From IMG/VR virus record IMGVR_UViG_2734482531_000011: DNA of 44,199 nt. The stretch is one strand, 5' to 3'. Of this stretch, positions 1 through 10,236 are shown piece after piece (within the stretch, counting starts at the first letter, position 1; every line of letters starts with the position of its first letter). This DNA is from a virus. Taxonomy: Duplodnaviria > Heunggongvirae > Uroviricota > Caudoviricetes. The position numbers and the translations under genes are program-made. The notes beneath the pieces are model-generated. The model was not told the origin of the DNA. It did no database searches and worked only from the letters and a program-made list of their open reading frames with translations.

Positions 1-1236
1 CTACGATAACCGCGCATTCAACATGGCTACCTGTTCGTCGTTCATGTCATCAATCCACATACCGTAAATTTCATACACCATCTGCGCAGTTTCATGCCCC
101 ATCTGGCTGGCTATAAACGCCGGGTTCGCTCCTGCCGTCAACAGCCAGCAGGCAAAAGTATGCCGCGTATGGTACGGATTACGGCGGCGAATACCAGCAC
201 GTTTTACTGCTGCATTCCATCTCGCACCCAAACTGCTTACCGAGTAATAAGGTTTCTGTTTTCCGTTACACACTCTGGGCATGAAAACAAAATGCAGTTT
301 TTGCTTTTCGGTTCTGCCGTACTCCCGATGATAAAAAGTGATTTCGCTTTTGCGATGATGCCCGGTCAGTTTGTATTGCTCCTTCAGTGCTTCAAGAGCA
401 GGCTGCAGTAGTGTTACCGTCCGGATCCCCGCATTTGTTTTTGGGGGACCGAACATATCCAGTATCGTCAGGTTTCTTCTGACATTCACAACTCCCTTCT
501 CGAAATCCACATCCTCCCACGCCAGAGCAGCCAGTTCCCCGTGACGAAGCCCGGAGTATACGGCAAATTTCCACAAGTTCTGGCTCTGTCCTTTTTCACT
601 TTCCATTAATGCATTGAATTCTGTTTTAGATAACGGGTCAGGCTTTATTCTGTTTCTCTGTAATTTCTTTACTCCTTCAAATGGTTTGGTTGATATAAAT
701 CCCGACTGATACGCAAAACGTAACAACGAACAGAGCAGGGCGATATAGTTATCAACTGTGCGCACGGTTCTTCCTTTTTTGTTGGATCTTGGATTATCCA
801 GGTAAAGCGTTTCTCCATGCAGCAGTTCATTCCGGTAGTTTAAGATATCGCTATAACGAATATGCGATATCGGAGTACTCTCACAAATTATTATCCTGAG
901 TGTTTTTAATTGTGATTTCGTTTTCTTCATTGTGTTTGTTGTTAACTCTGTTTCTTTAATTTTTGTCCAGATATCACAAAGCTCCCCGAACGTTTTTATG
1001 ACCCTCGTTGTCACCATTTTTGCCCCAGTGCTGGACTGGGGAAAACGTCTTAAATACTCAAACTCACCGGAATTGATTTCATGAACTATCAACGCTCTTA
1101 AATTCCCGGCTTTTTTAATGTTACTGTTAGTAACCTCCCAGCCTTTCAATGTTTCCCGACATCGTTTTCCTCGAAACATGAACCAGATGCGAATGTATTT
1201 ACCTCGAATCTCGACACCTGTTGGTAATTTAGACAT
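1..1236 (-). CDS. intR: Tyrosine-type phage integrase (Rac IntR-like), 411 aa, complete; stop lies at window positions 1-3
   Basis: Full-length ORF; N-terminus MSKLPTGVEIRGKYIRIWF matches my recall of Rac IntR; C-terminal RHTFA...Y tyrosine recombinase signature; position at prophage end next to excisionase. Confidence 0.9.
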   Translation of the reverse strand: MSKLPTGVEIRGKYIRIWFMFRGKRCRETLKGWEVTNSNIKKAGNLRALIVHEINSGEFEYLRRFPQSSTGAKMVTTRVIKTFGELCDIWTKIKETELTTNTMKKTKSQLKTLRIIICESTPISHIRYSDILNYRNELLHGETLYLDNPRSNKKGRTVRTVDNYIALLCSLLRFAYQSGFISTKPFEGVKKLQRNRIKPDPLSKTEFNALMESEKGQSQNLWKFAVYSGLRHGELAALAWEDVDFEKGVVNVRRNLTILDMFGPPKTNAGIRTVTLLQPALEALKEQYKLTGHHRKSEITFYHREYGRTEKQKLHFVFMPRVCNGKQKPYYSVSSLGARWNAAVKRAGIRRRNPYHTRHTFACWLLTAGANPAFIASQMGHETAQMVYEIYGMWIDDMNDEQVAMLNARLS

Positions 1237-1237
1237 A

Positions 1238-1453
1238 TCATGAGTCTTTGATAAACTGATTTATCTTTGGATAGTTATACCAGATAATCCCTCGCTTACT
1301 GTCTGGCTTCCCTAAAGGAGATACTCGTTTGAAGTGGAAGCCTTCCACCCAACAGTTCTGGCGGTATGCTTCAATTTGTCTGGCCCCCAGACCAGTGCGA
1401 AGCATCAGGCCGTATTCAACCATCCACTCTTCATTAAAGATTACTTGTGCCAT
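1238..1453 (-). CDS. xisR: Excisionase-like protein (Rac XisR/YdaQ), 71 aa; alternative upstream start at 1477
   Basis: Small ORF immediately upstream of int on same strand; internal Met gives the 71-aa form [15 protein letters not shown]... recalled for K-12 YdaQ. Confidence 0.75.
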   Translation of the reverse strand: MAQVIFNEEWMVEYGLMLRTGLGARQIEAYRQNCWVEGFHFKRVSPLGKPDSKRGIIWYNYPKINQFIKDS

Positions 1454-1552
1454 CGCATCACCTCTGGCAGGCGCCAATGTTAGACTTAAATTGACGCCCG
1501 ATGTTGATTATTAATAATCAGCTATGAAGTTTTAATTTGAATACAATGCAAT

Positions 1553-1753
1553 TCACGAGGACTGAAGTTTCTCGCAATTAAAATTTATCAGTTTTACTTT
1601 CTGCTCTCTGGAAACGCCTGCTTCTTTTTTACCTGAGAGCATTTTTTCGCATTCTGATTTCGTTAGTTTAGATTTTGAATATCTTGTCCAGTTAGTAGGA
1701 GTGCCACCTTCCTTTTCAATAGTGGCGGTAATTTTATACATGAACACCTCCAT
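1553..1753 (-). CDS. ydaC: YdaC-like small protein; start uncertain (1753 or 1813)
   Basis: ORF MEVFMYKITATIEKEGG...; start codon overlaps the ralR stop in a different frame as in Rac. Confidence 0.55.
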   Translation of the reverse strand: MEVFMYKITATIEKEGGTPTNWTRYSKSKLTKSECEKMLSGKKEAGVSREQKVKLINFNCEKLQSS

Positions 1754-1928
1754 TATTATTTCCAGTGGTTCGTTTATTTCATCGTTCGAGTGCTTCTTTT
1801 TCACTTCCACCATAACCGGTTCGGGATTCGCATCCGTTACACTTCGCTCGGTAATATCCTGAAATGGCTTTCACCGTTACTGATGGACAACCACAAAATG
1901 GACATGGTTTAACATTGTCATATCTCAT
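1734..1928 (-). CDS. ralR: RalR restriction-alleviation protein / type I TA DNase toxin, 64 aa (below the 60-aa ORF track cut-off frame listing)
   Basis: Reverse-complement translation read directly: MRYDNVKPCPFCGCPSVTVKAISGYYRAKCNGCESRTGYGGSEKEALERWNKRTTGNNNGGVHV; zinc-ribbon-like CxxC...CxxC. Confidence 0.8.
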
Positions 1929-1983
1929 AATTTTTCTCATAAAAATATTTCAAGTTGGCGGTGCATTACACCGCCAGGCTGAA

Positions 1984-2793
1984 TTATTCCTCTGAATTAT
2001 CGATTACACTGTATTCCCCGGTTAATACAGAGGAATCTGCAGGATCGATTGTCAGTGGTTCCTTTTCATCCATTGATACTGCACGCTGGATCTCAATTGA
2101 TACGGGCAGATATTTGAACAGGCGACGAATAGCCGTTTTCTTTGCCATTTCTTCCCAGTGAGTTACCCACGGCCCGTTATTACCAGCTTTACTCTGGCTG
2201 CGCACCAGCTCAATCTGTTTGCGCGTCATAACTTCAAACTGAGTACCTCCGTCTTTCAGTCTTGCGACAGCATAGACGTGGGTAACAGGGGCATCTTCGT
2301 TTTCTCCTGGGCGGTGTATTAACTTTTCATCAAGGCCAAATTCGAAATTAAACTCGTCACCTTCACGGACAACACGGGCTGACAGGCTGGCGATTTGACC
2401 TGAACGGCGAGCCAGATCAATCATGCCGCGATAGCCAATGATTAGCTGAACGTTTTTTTTACCGCTCTTTTCGTTTTTATTACCAAAAGGCAGTAAATAT
2501 GCATGACCGAGGGCGCTACCGGGCTCAAGTCCGAGCTGTGAACACTGTACGATTGCACTGACAAAACTCATAGTGTCACAGTTTCCTAACGCCGGAACTT
2601 TACGAATTTCTGTGGTGGCGATACGGATCATACGTTCAGCCGTCATATGGCGTGGAAGAGCTGCTGCCAGTTGCTCTTTCATTGATGGCTGGTTAATAAA
2701 ACTAATCACGTCGTTATTTTTAATTGCTGCTGGTGCACGGTTTCCCTGAGTTTTTTGCAGATCGGCTTTTGCGATTGGTGGTTGCTTAGTCAT
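1984..2793 (-). CDS. recT: RecT single-strand annealing recombinase, 269 aa (ORF track start at 2850 is an upstream in-frame extension)
   Basis: Sequence from [21 protein letters not shown]... matches my recall of K-12 RecT; 8-nt overlap with recE 3' end. Confidence 0.92.
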   Translation of the reverse strand: MTKQPPIAKADLQKTQGNRAPAAIKNNDVISFINQPSMKEQLAAALPRHMTAERMIRIATTEIRKVPALGNCDTMSFVSAIVQCSQLGLEPGSALGHAYLLPFGNKNEKSGKKNVQLIIGYRGMIDLARRSGQIASLSARVVREGDEFNFEFGLDEKLIHRPGENEDAPVTHVYAVARLKDGGTQFEVMTRKQIELVRSQSKAGNNGPWVTHWEEMAKKTAIRRLFKYLPVSIEIQRAVSMDEKEPLTIDPADSSVLTGEYSVIDNSEE

Positions 2794-5386
2794 TTGCATA
2801 TTCCTTAGCCCAGCGGGGCAGTGATAACGTCTTAATAGCTGGCCATTCATCGGTATTGAGGCAGTCAGCCAGGGTTCGCAGATTGCGGTGATATTCCAGC
2901 TGACCTGCCAGTTTTGCTTCTTCGCCCATCATGAAAATTTCAACCGGATAACGTCCGCATTCAATAGTTGTGCTGGCAACCAGAAAAACGAAAGTTGGCT
3001 GCACTCCAAACTGTGCTTCATAACCGTCACTGTAGAATGCATCCTGAACGTGATAGCGGTAGTCGTAATAAGCGGTTTTGAATCGTTGAATATCCGCCGT
3101 AGTTTTCACGTCCATGATCCAGTGAAATTCAGGGATAATTTTGTCCGGACGGCACCGACACAAAATTGCTGTTTCAGGATCTTCCCAGTAAATTGATGAT
3201 TCAGCGTGTCCGGCGCTTTCAACAAGCCATTGCCCCAGCGGCAAAGCCATAACGCTCTGATACATGAGTTCAATTTTCCGGCCTTCTTCGGCAGTGATAA
3301 CCGTTTTTCCTGTGCTTGCGCATTCCCTCAGAAACGCTTTCTCTTCTTCTTTTCCGGAGTTTGTCCGGCGGTTAAATTCAGGTGCTACGATAAAGCGGTT
3401 ACTGAATTCTTCCGGCTCAAGTACCCGGCAGTGGAAAGCGGTTCCTAAATCGAGCGTTTTTGTCTTTGTGGTGTCCACGGGGGCATTTTTACGCCACAAA
3501 TACAGTGCCGGAGTATCAGCAATGTCATCGAGCTGAGACTTACTGACACCGGGACCCGCGTGGTAATTCTCATTCGAAATTCCGTAATAAATACCTGGCT
3601 CTATGTCTTCTACGATTACGGGATCTGCGACTTCGCCAGTTTCATCACTGCAATCGCGATGCGGATCGCTGCCAGCATTCTCATTGTGCGGATGTTCAGC
3701 GCCTTCCATTTCCTCCGGATCATTTTCCTTAGCTTCAACCTGACTCTCTTCATCGAATGTTTCCTGGTATGTTGCGTCGCCCATCACCGCACCACAGTCA
3801 GGGCAGTTATCCCCGCCAGTCTGGCCGCAGGCATTGCAGGCTATTTCCGGTTCCTGTTGCACTACTGGCTCAGGTTGATTCATATCCGGGCTGGTTTTTT
3901 CCGTTTCTGGCTGGTTCTGGTACACACAATCGCGAGTCTGGATCCCCTTTACCCATTTCGGATCGTTCGGGTCGCTAATTCCGTCAACAAATTCACCACG
4001 TGATGCAGCAAGCAATTTATCGGCATCGACAGGATTTTTTGATGGAATGTTTTTCCGGGCTTCATGGAGTTCTGCCCGCAGTTCCTGATATTTCGCATCA
4101 ACAGAATTTACCTGTGACTGAGCATCCAGCGGCTGCGTGTCCTGATGATGTTCAGTTGCGTCCGGTTCCATTGTTTCAGCCTCTCCCTGTTCAACTGCCG
4201 TTGTTCCAGATGGTTGCGGTTTTTCTTCATCATCCTGTTTTCCTTCTTCTGTTACTCGCTGCGGCATCGGGGCAGAGGAGCGACCGCAGGCAATATCCAC
4301 GATTTCCGGATCAGGGTTGGCATGATCGGTTTCAGTCAGTACTTTGTTCAGATATTCAGTGACGTGCGCGGGGATGACCTCGATCCCAATTGGTGCTTCT
4401 TTTACGGACGCAACCACGATGGCGCGGGAATAATCCAGCCCGCCAGGCATGGTGATGAATTTGTCGCGGAAAACAGAAAAGGGCGGTTTATTTTCAGCGA
4501 TAATTTCCTCAATGCGTTTAGCGTGTGCCGGATGAAGGTTATAGATGTCCAGATCCATTGAACGGGCCAGTACGCCAGTGGCTACGTCCCGCGCCAGTGA
4601 CGTCAGATCGTGTACGAAACCTTCGCCGCGATCGGTGAGGTTTCCGCCGCCAGCATTAGCACCGGAAGCCGTGCGAGTGATGTGTGAAACACGATTACCC
4701 TTCATCCACTCTTTTGTCAGCAGTCCTCGATCGGTGTAGTCAGCGTTCAGGTATGCTTCGAAAAAAGCAGTTATCAGTCCCAGGTTTGAATTACCAGGAT
4801 TAGGGAAAACTTTGTCAGTGTCACGAACCAGTTTGTGGAGTTCGCGAATTTCCAGCGGGTCGAGCAGGCTGGTTTTGTGGGAAACAGCCAGGGCAGTAAC
4901 AGCCGGTAGTTCTTCAGCCCGAGCAATGTGTAATGCCTGGAGTCCGTCGCGTGAAACGTGCGTTACCGGTTTTTCGCTGCCGTGTTGAGCAAGCCAACGA
5001 ATGGGCAGTTCCTGGCCAGAAATTGGGAGTAGCATATTCTCCTCAATCTCAGTCATGTCTTCGCCGTTGACGTTGGTATTGCCTTGATAGTGAGCGTTGT
5101 CTGGTGCTGCTCCCGGTTTTAGTTCCCATGTCATGGAGTCTTTGCTGAGTTGATAGCGTTCACTCCAGGTAAAATCGATCTCACCTTCAGCGGGCAGGTC
5201 ATTAACGACAGGAAAATTCGTGGCAACAGCTTTAAAATAGCTGCTCAGTTTTTTACCTGACTTAACGATCAGGTAGTCCAGAGTGGCACAGGTCGATTCA
5301 AAATCGTTGCTTGCCCACAGGACGACGTCAGGTTCACCGGATGATTTTTTCGCTTTCCGTAACAGGAAGAGTGGTTTTGTGCTCAT
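2786..5386 (-). CDS. recE: RecE exonuclease VIII, 866 aa
   Basis: 866-aa [27 protein letters not shown]...; acidic linker and C-terminal nuclease domain; recE-recT operon arrangement. Confidence 0.92.
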   Translation of the reverse strand: MSTKPLFLLRKAKKSSGEPDVVLWASNDFESTCATLDYLIVKSGKKLSSYFKAVATNFPVVNDLPAEGEIDFTWSERYQLSKDSMTWELKPGAAPDNAHYQGNTNVNGEDMTEIEENMLLPISGQELPIRWLAQHGSEKPVTHVSRDGLQALHIARAEELPAVTALAVSHKTSLLDPLEIRELHKLVRDTDKVFPNPGNSNLGLITAFFEAYLNADYTDRGLLTKEWMKGNRVSHITRTASGANAGGGNLTDRGEGFVHDLTSLARDVATGVLARSMDLDIYNLHPAHAKRIEEIIAENKPPFSVFRDKFITMPGGLDYSRAIVVASVKEAPIGIEVIPAHVTEYLNKVLTETDHANPDPEIVDIACGRSSAPMPQRVTEEGKQDDEEKPQPSGTTAVEQGEAETMEPDATEHHQDTQPLDAQSQVNSVDAKYQELRAELHEARKNIPSKNPVDADKLLAASRGEFVDGISDPNDPKWVKGIQTRDCVYQNQPETEKTSPDMNQPEPVVQQEPEIACNACGQTGGDNCPDCGAVMGDATYQETFDEESQVEAKENDPEEMEGAEHPHNENAGSDPHRDCSDETGEVADPVIVEDIEPGIYYGISNENYHAGPGVSKSQLDDIADTPALYLWRKNAPVDTTKTKTLDLGTAFHCRVLEPEEFSNRFIVAPEFNRRTNSGKEEEKAFLRECASTGKTVITAEEGRKIELMYQSVMALPLGQWLVESAGHAESSIYWEDPETAILCRCRPDKIIPEFHWIMDVKTTADIQRFKTAYYDYRYHVQDAFYSDGYEAQFGVQPTFVFLVASTTIECGRYPVEIFMMGEEAKLAGQLEYHRNLRTLADCLNTDEWPAIKTLSLPRWAKEYAND

Positions 5387-5487
5387 TGTTTTTTAACCTC
5401 AACTCAGATTAAAATTCGTTTTGTTCAGTGAATGATCTTGCCGGATACACACTGTTCATAGCCTGCGCCATACGCAGGCTATTTCTT

Positions 5488-5763
5488 TCAGATTTCACCT
5501 TTTAATTTCATTGCAATTAGAGTTGCCAGAAATTCGGCTTTTTTTTCTGCGGGCAGATTCTTTCCGATATGCACCAGGCACATTTTTTTGACACCTTCAT
5601 CAAGTGTTTTTACGTTGCCTGATGGACCATCGATATCAACCACAGTGAATGGGGTTTCTTTATTTTCTGTTTTAATTACGTAGCCAATGCGCTTTCCTTC
5701 CAGATTCACCTCGTGAACAATGTCATCGGTAGTTACAACAGTGGCTTCATAATTGGTAATCAT
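5488..5763 (-). CDS. racC: RacC protein, 91 aa
   Basis: Internal Met start MITNYEATVVTTDDIVHEVNLEGKRIGYV...; position between recE and ydaE/kilR as in Rac. Confidence 0.8.
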   Translation of the reverse strand: MITNYEATVVTTDDIVHEVNLEGKRIGYVIKTENKETPFTVVDIDGPSGNVKTLDEGVKKMCLVHIGKNLPAEKKAEFLATLIAMKLKGEI

Positions 5764-5837
5764 GTTTTTCTCCTTAATTAAGGTTGAGCGAATACCTGCC
5801 ATTTCTGGCATAAATTCAGTTTCGAATAGTCAATTAA

Positions 5838-6008
5838 TTAAAGTTCATGTGCCATCTGGTCTTTTTCGGCACAAGCTTCACTGCAATATTTTCTCGGTTC
5901 GTCTTTTGATAAAATCCCGTGCATGAAGTGAAGCATTCTTTCAATAGCTTTGCTTTCTTCAACGTCTTTTTTGCAAAGGTGGTAAGCACATTTTATTTTC
6001 TTAGTCAT
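5838..6008 (-). CDS. ydaE: YdaE small zinc-binding protein, 56 aa (too short for the ORF track)
   Basis: Reverse-complement reads [14 protein letters not shown]...DQMAHEL; start codon overlaps kilR stop by 1 nt (ATGA). Confidence 0.7.
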   Translation of the reverse strand: MTKKIKCAYHLCKKDVEESKAIERMLHFMHGILSKDEPRKYCSEACAEKDQMAHEL

Positions 6009-6229
6009 CACCATGACTCCGCCTTTACAGGTAAACCATCACGACCGAGGAAGACTTTAATCATGCGGTCAGTAATGCATGTTTTTGTGGTCAGGTTACG
6101 AATATATAGTTTTCGCTTTTTAATATTGTTTGCCGAGGCAATATATGTCCGGCCTTCATGAAGAACATAATCGCCAGGAGTCACACACTGACGTGGTATT
6201 TCATCAGTTCCGAAGTGATGTGCAATCAT
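6008..6229 (-). CDS. kilR: KilR cell-division (FtsZ) inhibitor, 73 aa
   Basis: [35 protein letters not shown]... from internal Met of the 77-aa ORF. Confidence 0.85.
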   Translation of the reverse strand: MIAHHFGTDEIPRQCVTPGDYVLHEGRTYIASANNIKKRKLYIRNLTTKTCITDRMIKVFLGRDGLPVKAESW

Positions 6230-6670
6230 AATTATCTCCATTTTTACAAATGAACTTTGTTGATGCGGTGCCTGGTGCCTCCAGGTGACTGCAACCAGTT
6301 AACAATTACAGTCGGCTTTCCCACCCAAACCAATAAGGACTAACATGACTTTTAACTGTGCCACGTGCGCTTAGCCGCATTCACCGCATCACAAAATTCA
6401 CTTTAAAAAGGGCGGACATCAGCCGAACTTCAAGAAAAAAACTGATGCCGCCAGGACTACACACAGCAATGTCGTTATTTACAACCGGAGGCGCACTCCC
6501 ACCATTTAAATTTAACAGACAAGACCGACTCTTTATGGATATCGGAAATGCGCCTTCGTGTTGTGCCCGGTTTTATTTCACCACCTCCGGGCTTCGGTGG
6601 TCTCGGCTATACCCCTACAGCGAGAGCTTGTGTTAACATTTCAATACCCTTACAGTTGAGAGTTATTGAT

Positions 6671-7159
6671 ATGTTGGATGTATTTACTCCATTGTTGAAA
6701 CTTTTTGCTAACGAGCCACTCGAAATACTTATGTATACGATTATCATTTTTGGTCTCACTCTCTGGCTGATACCGAAAGAGTTTACTGTCGCATTCAATG
6801 CTTATACTGAAATACCTTGGCTCTTTCAGATTATCGTTTTTGCCTTTTCTTTCGTGGTCGCCATTTCCTTCTCAAGATTGCGAGCACATATTCAAAAGCA
6901 TTATTCATTACTACCAGAGCAACGAGTATTGCTTCGTTTATCTGAGAAAGAAATCGCTGTATTTAAAGATTTCCTTAAAACAGGAAATCTTATTATCACT
7001 TCTCCTTGCCGTAACCCGGTTATGAAAAAATTAGAACGGAAGGGCATCATTCAACATCAGAGTGATAGCGCAAACTGTTCTTATTATCTCGTCACCGAAA
7101 AATACTCCCATTTTATGAAGTTATTCTGGAACAGCAGGAGTAGACGTTTTAATCGTTAG
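6671..7159 (+). CDS. sieB: SieB superinfection exclusion membrane protein, 162 aa
   Basis: MLDVFTPLLKLFANEPLEILMYTIIIFGLTLWLIP... with hydrophobic N-terminal segments; internal Met of a longer ORF. Confidence 0.85.
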   Translation: MLDVFTPLLKLFANEPLEILMYTIIIFGLTLWLIPKEFTVAFNAYTEIPWLFQIIVFAFSFVVAISFSRLRAHIQKHYSLLPEQRVLLRLSEKEIAVFKDFLKTGNLIITSPCRNPVMKKLERKGIIQHQSDSANCSYYLVTEKYSHFMKLFWNSRSRRFNR

Positions 7160-7311
7160 CTTACTGTGTGCTTCTCCAACCATCGGCGCGCACCAGTTTC
7201 GGTTTTAAATGTTTTGCTTTTGGTATACGTCATGGCAGTGAACGTTCCATCCTGGTTGGGGAACACGCCGCACACCAGGGATTCGTTGTTGCCGAGGTCG
7301 ATTTTTTGCAT
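7156..7311 (-). CDS. ydaF: YdaF small protein, 51 aa
   Basis: Reverse-complement reads MQKIDLGNNESLVCGVFPNQDGTFTAMTYTKSKTFKTETGARRWLEKHTVS; convergent with sieB, stops overlap. Confidence 0.65.
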   Translation of the reverse strand: MQKIDLGNNESLVCGVFPNQDGTFTAMTYTKSKTFKTETGARRWLEKHTVS

Positions 7312-7321
7312 TTTGCGAATC

Positions 7322-7456
7322 TCACATCTTGTTGCTGTGTATAGCGACTTCTGCCTGCCAGAGATCCCAGTCGTTGCTGCGTAAAGCCTGCACAGCCTGG
7401 TTGTAAGTGATACCGCAACAATCCATCAAATACTGAACTACTTCGTAATGCACCAT
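7322..7456 (-). CDS. ydaG: YdaG small protein, 44 aa
   Basis: MVHYEVVQYLMDCCGITYNQAVQALRSNDWDLWQAEVAIHSNKM from internal Met of the 60-aa ORF. Confidence 0.7.
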   Translation of the reverse strand: MVHYEVVQYLMDCCGITYNQAVQALRSNDWDLWQAEVAIHSNKM

Positions 7457-7746
7457 CTTATCTCTCCCCTTAACGCCGGGTGGCGGAACTGAAACCTGCT
7501 GCACTGCAAAATCTGAACCCTGCCGTCATGTTCATACGCCTCGGGCTGGCTACTTAACCCCTGACCACTGCCTGGTAACTCGAAGTATTGCCCTGCGTTC
7601 TGTGGGGCGGGGTGGGTTGGTAGGTATATAATGTACTTTGTGTTCATTGATGTAAAGTACTATAAGTACATTTTGTGTGTAAAAAAATGAGATGGGATAA
7701 AGTGAAGCACAAACCCGGAGGGGGACGCTACCGGATTTATGCTGGT

Positions 7747-8166
7747 TTAAGAGGCTTTTTGTTTTTTCTTTCGTGCTAGCTCTTCGTAAATTGCATTGTA
7801 CTTCTGTTTTTTCTCCTCAAGAGTTTTTAAAAGTTCATCTGTCTCACTGTCAGGGAGCTCGTCCAGAAGGTCAATGATGATTTTTTGTCTTGGATTTAAC
7901 TCCTGATAGAAACGTACCTGTCCACTTTCTTCTGTATCCTCTCCCAAAAGATAGGTTGGTGTTGTTCCAATGAGTGTTGCTAATTCCCTTAATTTCTCTC
8001 GGCGAGGAATTGTTTCGCCATTAAACCATTTGCTAACCGCTTTTGGTGTTAATTTCATTCGACGGGCAATTTCTGCCTGCCTTCCATGTTGTTCATAACC
8101 AGCGTTTTCACAGGCTAGCGCAAGCCTACTGGCGAACTCTTTACGCGCTTTATCTTCATGAACCAT
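7747..8166 (-). CDS. racR: RacR-like prophage repressor (HTH, cI analogue); alternative GTG start at 8184
   Basis: HTH region QAEIARRMKLTPKAVSKWFNG; divergent from a cro-like gene; position in the Rac immunity region. Confidence 0.8.
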   Translation of the reverse strand: MVHEDKARKEFASRLALACENAGYEQHGRQAEIARRMKLTPKAVSKWFNGETIPRREKLRELATLIGTTPTYLLGEDTEESGQVRFYQELNPRQKIIIDLLDELPDSETDELLKTLEEKKQKYNAIYEELARKKKQKAS

Positions 8167-8245
8167 AAGTTCAATGATATTCACTCTTGAATGTACTGTC
8201 AGTTCTGTTATAGCATGTACTCAAAGTTCACATTGTGAGGGTGAT

Positions 8246-8500
8246 ATGAACCAGAAAACACTTGAAGATGTAATCAAAACTGTTCGCGTTTCTGTTGTGG
8301 CCGACGTTTGTGGTGTCAGCCAAAGAGCAATCTACAAATGGATGGATAACGGAAAATTGCCTCGCACAGAATATACCGGCGAAACAAATTACGCTGAAAA
8401 AATCGCTCATGCATCAAACGGATTATTTTCTGCTGATGTAATTTTAACTATTGGCAGAAATAAAACTACTACGAAAAAGCTGATGGGAGTTGATTCATGA
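8246..8500 (+). CDS. ydaS: YdaS Cro-like HTH protein; start at ATG 8246 preferred (RBS GAGGG 7 nt upstream) over the ORF-track start at 8174
   Basis: MNQKTLEDVIKTVRVSVVADVCGVSQRAIYKWMDNGKLP HTH; divergent from racR. Confidence 0.75.
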   Translation: MNQKTLEDVIKTVRVSVVADVCGVSQRAIYKWMDNGKLPRTEYTGETNYAEKIAHASNGLFSADVILTIGRNKTTTKKLMGVDS

Positions 8501-8919
8501 AAATCAAGCATGAGCACATCGAGTCAGTGTTGTTAGCCCTGGCAGCCGAAAAAGGGCAGGCATGGGTAGCCAATGCCATTACTGAAGAATATCTGCGCCA
8601 GGGGGGCGGCGAATTGCCCCTGGTACCAGGCAAGGACTGGAATAATCAGCAGAATATCTATCACCGTTGGTTGAAAGGTGAAACGAAAACGCAAAGAGAA
8701 AAAATTCAGAAGCTGATCCCAGCAATTCTGGCAATCCTTCCGCGCGAGCTGCGTCACCGACTCTGCATCTTCGATACCCTGGAACGCCGTGCATTACTGG
8801 CGGCGCAGGAAGCGTTAAGTACGGCAATTGATGCGCATGATGATGCAGTCCAAGCCGTTTACCGGAAAGCGCATTTCAGCGGCGGCGGGTCTTCCGACGA
8901 TTCTGTCATTGTTCATTAA
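8497..8919 (+). CDS. ydaT: YdaT CII-like / toxic protein, 140 aa
   Basis: 140-aa ORF overlapping the ydaS stop (ATGA); Rac gene order ydaS-ydaT. Confidence 0.8.
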   Translation: MKIKHEHIESVLLALAAEKGQAWVANAITEEYLRQGGGELPLVPGKDWNNQQNIYHRWLKGETKTQREKIQKLIPAILAILPRELRHRLCIFDTLERRALLAAQEALSTAIDAHDDAVQAVYRKAHFSGGGSSDDSVIVH

Positions 8920-8931
8920 GCAAAAGTTTCC

Positions 8932-9789
8932 ATGCTGTTTGTGCTTATTCTAAGCCACCGGGCAGCATCATACGGGGCAATTATGGCCGCATTACCATAC
9001 ATGCAACTGTACATAGCTGATTACCTGGCTGACACCATGCATTTGTCAGCAGAGGAGCATGGTGCGTATTTGTTGCTGATGTTCAATTACTGGCAAACAG
9101 GAAAGCCAATACCTAAAAACAGGCTGGCAAAAATTGCCCGTCTGACTAACGAGCGATGGGCTGATGTTGAACCATCCTTGCAGGAGTTTTTTTGCGATAA
9201 CGGCGAGGAATGGGTGCATCTTCGGATTGAGGAAGATCTGGCATCAGTCAGGGAAAAATTAACCAAAAAATCAGCCGCAGGAAAAGCATCTGTTCAGGCC
9301 AGAAGAAGCAGAAAGGAAGCAGATGTTCAAACAAAACAAGAGAGAAATTTAACAGGTGTTCAAACAGATGTTGAAGTGGTGTTTGAACATGATGTCAACA
9401 CAAAGGCAACTAATAAAGATACAGATAAAGATCTAAAAACAGATCCCCCCCTAAATCCCCCCCGGGGGAATCGAGGTGTCAAAAAGTTTGACCCTCTGGA
9501 TATTGCTTTGCCGAACTGGATTTCTGTCTCGCTTTGGCGTGAGTGGGTTGAATTTCGCCAGGCATTGCGAAAACCGATTCGAACGGAGCAGGGCGCTAAC
9601 GGGGCGATACGGGAGCTGGAAAAATTCCGCCAGCAGGGTTTTTCACCTGAGCAGGTGATTCGACACAGCATCGCCAATGAATACCAGGGCTTGTTCGCGC
9701 CGAAAGGTGTTCGACCTGAGACGTTACTCCGACAGGTTAACACCGTCTCGTTACCGGATAGTGCGATCCCGCCAGGCTTCAGGGGGTAA
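8932..9789 (+). CDS. ydaU: YdaU replication-initiation-like protein, 285 aa
   Basis: 285-aa ORF; position upstream of the DnaC-like ydaV as in Rac. Confidence 0.8.
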   Translation: MLFVLILSHRAASYGAIMAALPYMQLYIADYLADTMHLSAEEHGAYLLLMFNYWQTGKPIPKNRLAKIARLTNERWADVEPSLQEFFCDNGEEWVHLRIEEDLASVREKLTKKSAAGKASVQARRSRKEADVQTKQERNLTGVQTDVEVVFEHDVNTKATNKDTDKDLKTDPPLNPPRGNRGVKKFDPLDIALPNWISVSLWREWVEFRQALRKPIRTEQGANGAIRELEKFRQQGFSPEQVIRHSIANEYQGLFAPKGVRPETLLRQVNTVSLPDSAIPPGFRG

Positions 9790-9795
9790 CTGACC

Positions 9796-10236
9796 ATGAA
9801 AAATATTGCGACAGGCGACGTTCTTGAACGTATCCGCAGACTGGCCCCGTCACATGTAACCGCGCCATTCAAGACGGTAGCGGAGTGGCGCGAGTGGCAA
9901 CTTTCCGAAGGCCAGAAACGTTGTGAGGAGATCAACCGTCAGAATCGTCAGTTGCGGGTGGAAAAAATTCTGAATCGCTCTGGCATCCAGCCATTGCACC
10001 GCAAATGCTCGTTTTCGAATTACCAGGTGCAGAACGAAGCGCAGCGATACGCGTTGAGTCAGGCGAAATCCATCGCTGATGAACTGATGACCGGGTGTAC
10101 AAATTTTGCGTTCAGCGGAAAACCTGGTACCGGGAAGAACCACTTAGCGGCAGCTATCGGGAATCGCCTGCTGAAAGACGGTCAGACAGTGATTGTGGTT
10201 ACCGTGGCTGATGTTATGAGTGCCCTGCACGCCAGC
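9796..10236 (+). CDS. ydaV: YdaV DnaC/IstB-like helicase-loader ATPase, 5' portion only; the 3' end lies inside the N run
   Basis: Walker A FSGKPGTGKNHLAAAIG read directly; ORF continues into masked bases so the true end is not visible. Confidence 0.75.

Noticed and set aside
1-3. Prophage attachment site at the integrase end
   Set aside because: The integrase ORF ends at window positions 1-3, so the att core and flanking host sequence lie outside the window and cannot be assessed.
2888-4739. Series of plus-strand ORFs (64-147 aa) within recE
   Set aside because: All are antisense to the well-supported recE gene and have low-complexity, composition-driven translations.
7438-7647. 69-aa minus-strand ORF between ydaG and racR
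   Set aside because: The region looks regulatory (operator-like GTAC repeats, AT-rich); the ORF has no RBS and overlaps the ydaG start. Treated as non-coding.
9360-9935. 191-aa minus-strand ORF overlapping ydaU and ydaV
   Set aside because: Antisense to two co-oriented genes with good Rac gene order; no independent support.
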